Shown here one piece after another: positions 61,291 to 64,000 of a stretch of DNA of 64,000 nucleotides. Position numbers and translations under genes: made by a program. The stretch comes from Fimbriimonadales bacterium (lineage in GTDB: Bacteria; Armatimonadota; Fimbriimonadia; Fimbriimonadales; GBS-DC). The stretch covers positions 323,520 through 387,519 of the forward strand of contig AP024673.1 in the NCBI GenBank assembly GCA_025998675.1, written 5' to 3'. How positions within the stretch are numbered: position 1 is the stretch's first letter; every line of letters begins with the position of its first letter. The notes under the pieces are model-generated. The model did not search any database. It was not told where the DNA came from and saw nothing but the letters and a program-made list of their open reading frames with translations.

Positions 61291-61336
61291 CAGGAACGCC
61301 GCACGCGGGCGCGAATCCCCTCTCAGGAGGCTCATT

Positions 61337-61576
61337 ATGGCACGAGTCACTTTGCTGATTGGCTTGACAAATGGGCAGGAGATTGACTGCCCGATTAACT
61401 CGCGCGACGAGGCGCATCAGGTTATTGAGCAACTGCGCCGTTCTGATGATCTGGTGAACCTGCCGGGCATCTGTTTCATTCGTACTTCTGGCTCGTCGGA
61501 GCTGGGCGCACGGGGGGTGGTCGCCGTACACCCCCAGCAGGTGGTCTACACGCAGATTCTGGGCGTCGATGAGTAG
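61337..61576 (+). CDS. Small hypothetical protein (79 aa)
   Basis: AGGAGG sits 6 nt upstream of the ATG. 'MARVTLLIGLTNGQEIDCPINSRDEAHQVIEQLRRSDDLVNLPG...'. No family was recognised. Confidence 0.45.
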   Translation: MARVTLLIGLTNGQEIDCPINSRDEAHQVIEQLRRSDDLVNLPGICFIRTSGSSELGARGVVAVHPQQVVYTQILGVDE

Positions 61577-61591
61577 CTGGCGGCGGGGGCG

Positions 61592-64000
61592 CTAAATCGC
61601 CTCCATATCGCGCCAGTTCGCGCCGACCTTTGCGTCTACGGTCAGCGGCACATGGAGGGGGTATGCCGCCTCCATCTCCGCGCGCACCGCTTCGGCGACC
61701 GCCGCCACACGCGCGCGCGAATCGGGCGATTCCAGTAGCAGCTCGTCATGCACCTGCAACAGCATCCGCGCCGCAGGCTCCAGCGCAGGCAGCCGCCGAT
61801 GCACCCGTATCATCGCCAGTTTCATGATGTCGGCGGCAGTGCCCTGAAACGGCATGTTAATCGCGGCGCGTTCGGCGGCGAGCCGCTCGTTACGGTTCGC
61901 GCTGTGCAGTTCGGGGATGTCGCGCTTGCGCCCCAGCAGTGTGCGCACATAGCCTTTCGCGCGCGCCTCCTCCAGAATCGACTGCGTAAACGCCTTGATG
62001 TGCGGGAACCGCTGGAAATACTGCTCGATTATCTGTTTCGCCTCGCCGACGCCAATCCCCAGCTCCTGCGACAGCCCATAGTCGCTCATCCCGTACAGCA
62101 CGGCGTAGTTGACCGTTTTGGCGCGGCGGCGCAGCTCCGTGTCCACCTGTTCAGGCGGGACGCCAAACAGGATGGACGCCGTCGCCGTGTGAATATCCTC
62201 GCCGCGCTCGAACGCCTGCATCAGCGCCGGATCGCCCGACATGTGCGCGAGGATGCGCAACTCAATCTGCGAGTAGTCCAGCGAGAGCAGCAGGTAGTTC
62301 GGGTCGGCGATGAACGCGCGTCGGATTTCGCGCCCGATCTCGGTGCGGATGGGGATGTTCTGCAGGTTCGGCTCGCTACTGGAGAGGCGTCCGGTGGCGG
62401 TCACGGTCTGGTTCAGCTTTGTATGGATGCGCCCCGTGAGCGGGTTGATGAGCCTGGGCAGCGCGTCGGCGTAGGTGGAGCGCAGTTTGCTCAGCTCGCG
62501 GTACTTGACAATCAGCGCGGCGATGGGATGCTCCGCCGCGAGCGTCTGGAGCACCTCCGCGTCGGTCGAGTAGCCCGTCTTGGTCTTTTTGACGATGGGC
62601 AGCCCCAGCTTCTCGAACAGAATCGCGCCGAGCTGTTTGGGCGAGCCGATATTGAACTCCTCGCCAGCGAGCGTGTAGATGTCGCGGGCGACATGGTTCA
62701 TTTCTGCTTCCAGGCGTACGGAGAGTTCCTGCAGGTAGGGCGCGTCGAGTCGCACGCCGTGCCATTCCATCTCGGCGAGGATGGGCGCGAGCGGCTGCTC
62801 GATTTGCTCCAGCACACGCAGCGTCTCCTCACGCTCCAGAATCGCGCGCAGGCGGGGCTGGAGCATGCGCAGGGCGCACGCTTCGGCGGCGGGACGCGCC
62901 TCGTCGTCAGGCAGACGCAGGCGCAGCACATCCTCGCAGAGCCAGTCGAGCGTGTAGCTCGCGCGGCTGGGCTGCCACAGGTACGCCGCCAGCAGCGCGT
63001 CGAAGTCGGCAGGGTGCGCCTCCACGCCCGCCCCGCGCAGGAGCAAACACTCAGTCTTCAAGTCCCACACGACACGCGGGCGGCTGGGGTCGTTCAGCAG
63101 GCGAGTCAGCGGCTCAGGCAGGAACAGACTCCCGCCCAGCTCCAGCCACACGGCGCGGTCAGGCGACACAGCGAGCGCCACGGCGTCCAGCGTCGCGTCG
63201 CGCAGATGGTTCAACGCGCCGTAGAGCCGCATCCCCACAGGCGCGTCGCCTTCCAACAACCGCGCTAAGGTCGCCTCGTCGGGGTTGCGAATCACCTCGG
63301 GTCGCAGCGTTTCATACACCGACTCCACAGCGGTCGGCGCGCCGCCGAACTTCTCAATCAGGGCAGGCAACCGCTTCAGAATCGAACGGAATTCATACGA
63401 CTCCAGCACACGGTGCAACGCCTGCACGCGCTCTGGGGTTAGCGCAAAGCGCGGGATGTGGTTTATCGATAGGGGCGCGTTGTCCAGAATGGTCGCCAGC
63501 ATGCGGCTCTGACGAATCTGGTCGGCATGCTGGCGCAGCGCCTCGCGCAGTTTCTCGCTCTCCACCTGCTCCAGATTCGCCAGCAGGTTCTCCACACTGC
63601 CGAACTGCTGGAGGAGTTTGACGGCGGTCTTTTCGCCGACGCCGGGCACGCCCGGAATATTGTCGGAAGCGTCGCCTGCCAGCGCCTTGAAGTCCACAAT
63701 CTGCGCGGGGGTCAGTCCGTACTTTTGCTGCACGGCGTCGGCGTCGAAAATCTCCAGTTCCGAAACGCCGCGCTGGGGCGCGCACACACGCACATGGGGA
63801 TTGATGAGTTGCAGCTGGTCGCGATCGCCAGTGAAGATGAGCGCATCGTAGCCCTGCTCGACGGCGTAGCGTGCGAGCGCGCCCACGAGGTCGTCCGCTT
63901 CGAAGCCCTCCTCGCTGAGCGTGGGCACGCCCATCGCCTCCAGCAGCCGGCGCGTCATCTCCACTTGAGGGCGGAACGCTTCGGGCGTCTCGCGGCGATG
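61592..64000 (-). CDS. polA: DNA polymerase I (N-terminus runs off the window)
   Basis: 'LLSLDYSQIELRILAH', 'RRRAKTVNYAVLYGMSDYGL' and 'LLQVHDELLLE'. Part of the 5'-3' exonuclease domain is visible at the upstream end. The ORF is still open at nt 64000. Confidence 0.92.
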   Translation of the reverse strand, partial: HRRETPEAFRPQVEMTRRLLEAMGVPTLSEEGFEADDLVGALARYAVEQGYDALIFTGDRDQLQLINPHVRVCAPQRGVSELEIFDADAVQQKYGLTPAQIVDFKALAGDASDNIPGVPGVGEKTAVKLLQQFGSVENLLANLEQVESEKLREALRQHADQIRQSRMLATILDNAPLSINHIPRFALTPERVQALHRVLESYEFRSILKRLPALIEKFGGAPTAVESVYETLRPEVIRNPDEATLARLLEGDAPVGMRLYGALNHLRDATLDAVALAVSPDRAVWLELGGSLFLPEPLTRLLNDPSRPRVVWDLKTECLLLRGAGVEAHPADFDALLAAYLWQPSRASYTLDWLCEDVLRLRLPDDEARPAAEACALRMLQPRLRAILEREETLRVLEQIEQPLAPILAEMEWHGVRLDAPYLQELSVRLEAEMNHVARDIYTLAGEEFNIGSPKQLGAILFEKLGLPIVKKTKTGYSTDAEVLQTLAAEHPIAALIVKYRELSKLRSTYADALPRLINPLTGRIHTKLNQTVTATGRLSSSEPNLQNIPIRTEIGREIRRAFIADPNYLLLSLDYSQIELRILAHMSGDPALMQAFERGEDIHTATASILFGVPPEQVDTELRRRAKTVNYAVLYGMSDYGLSQELGIGVGEAKQIIEQYFQRFPHIKAFTQSILEEARAKGYVRTLLGRKRDIPELHSANRNERLAAERAAINMPFQGTAADIMKLAMIRVHRRLPALEPAARMLLQVHDELLLESPDSRARVAAVAEAVRAEMEAAYPLHVPLTVDAKVGANWRDMEAI

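Overview
High-GC bacterial chromosomal segment, gene-dense, with about 51 protein genes. I found no rRNA, tRNA, CRISPR array, transposase or integrase. Everything here was read by eye from the sequence and the ORF track; no searches were run.

The backbone is housekeeping: nhaA-fabI, an ECF sigma/anti-sigma pair, scpA, rpmH-rnpA-yidD-yidC-jag, an FNR-glmU-prs operon, a fused secDF, an MFS pump, hsp20, an acyl-CoA mutase large subunit, a tandem amidohydrolase, mutY-argH-(membrane protein)-PCD-nnr, pepP-cutA, greA, and polA (cut by the window end).

Accessory or unusual content:
1. A lower-GC type II restriction-modification cassette (2734-4339) with its own terminator-insulated promoter.
2. A stand-alone CBS-pair + HEPN (R-x4-H) protein (9016-9810) whose 3' half is visibly AT-richer, followed by a 600-nt intergenic region packed with nested palindromic elements.
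3. At least three sequence-unrelated families of extragenic palindromic elements. All fold as an outer stem enclosing two inner hairpins. One family has 6 copies in the window.
4. A minus-strand cluster at 49577-60541. It encodes a dual-HTH XRE/TPR-like regulator, a 2131-aa IPT/beta-helix/Ig/LamG surface protein, a tail-fibre-like protein with an S74-type C-terminal chaperone domain, and a degenerate (probably inactive) LytM/M23 protein. Two of these proteins, plus a distant glycosidase (10451-12286), end in the same dockerin-like double EF-hand module with a terminal Cys. No cohesin partner is present in the window. I consider this the best candidate for an undescribed surface system.
5. A recurrent GGTA(T/C)A(A/C)T -10 box. 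Several copies lie 7-9 nt from a start codon with no Shine-Dalgarno, implying frequent leaderless mRNAs.

Many long ORFs in the track are antisense artefacts of the high GC content and were rejected. The track also writes M for GTG/TTG starts, so several starts were re-chosen.
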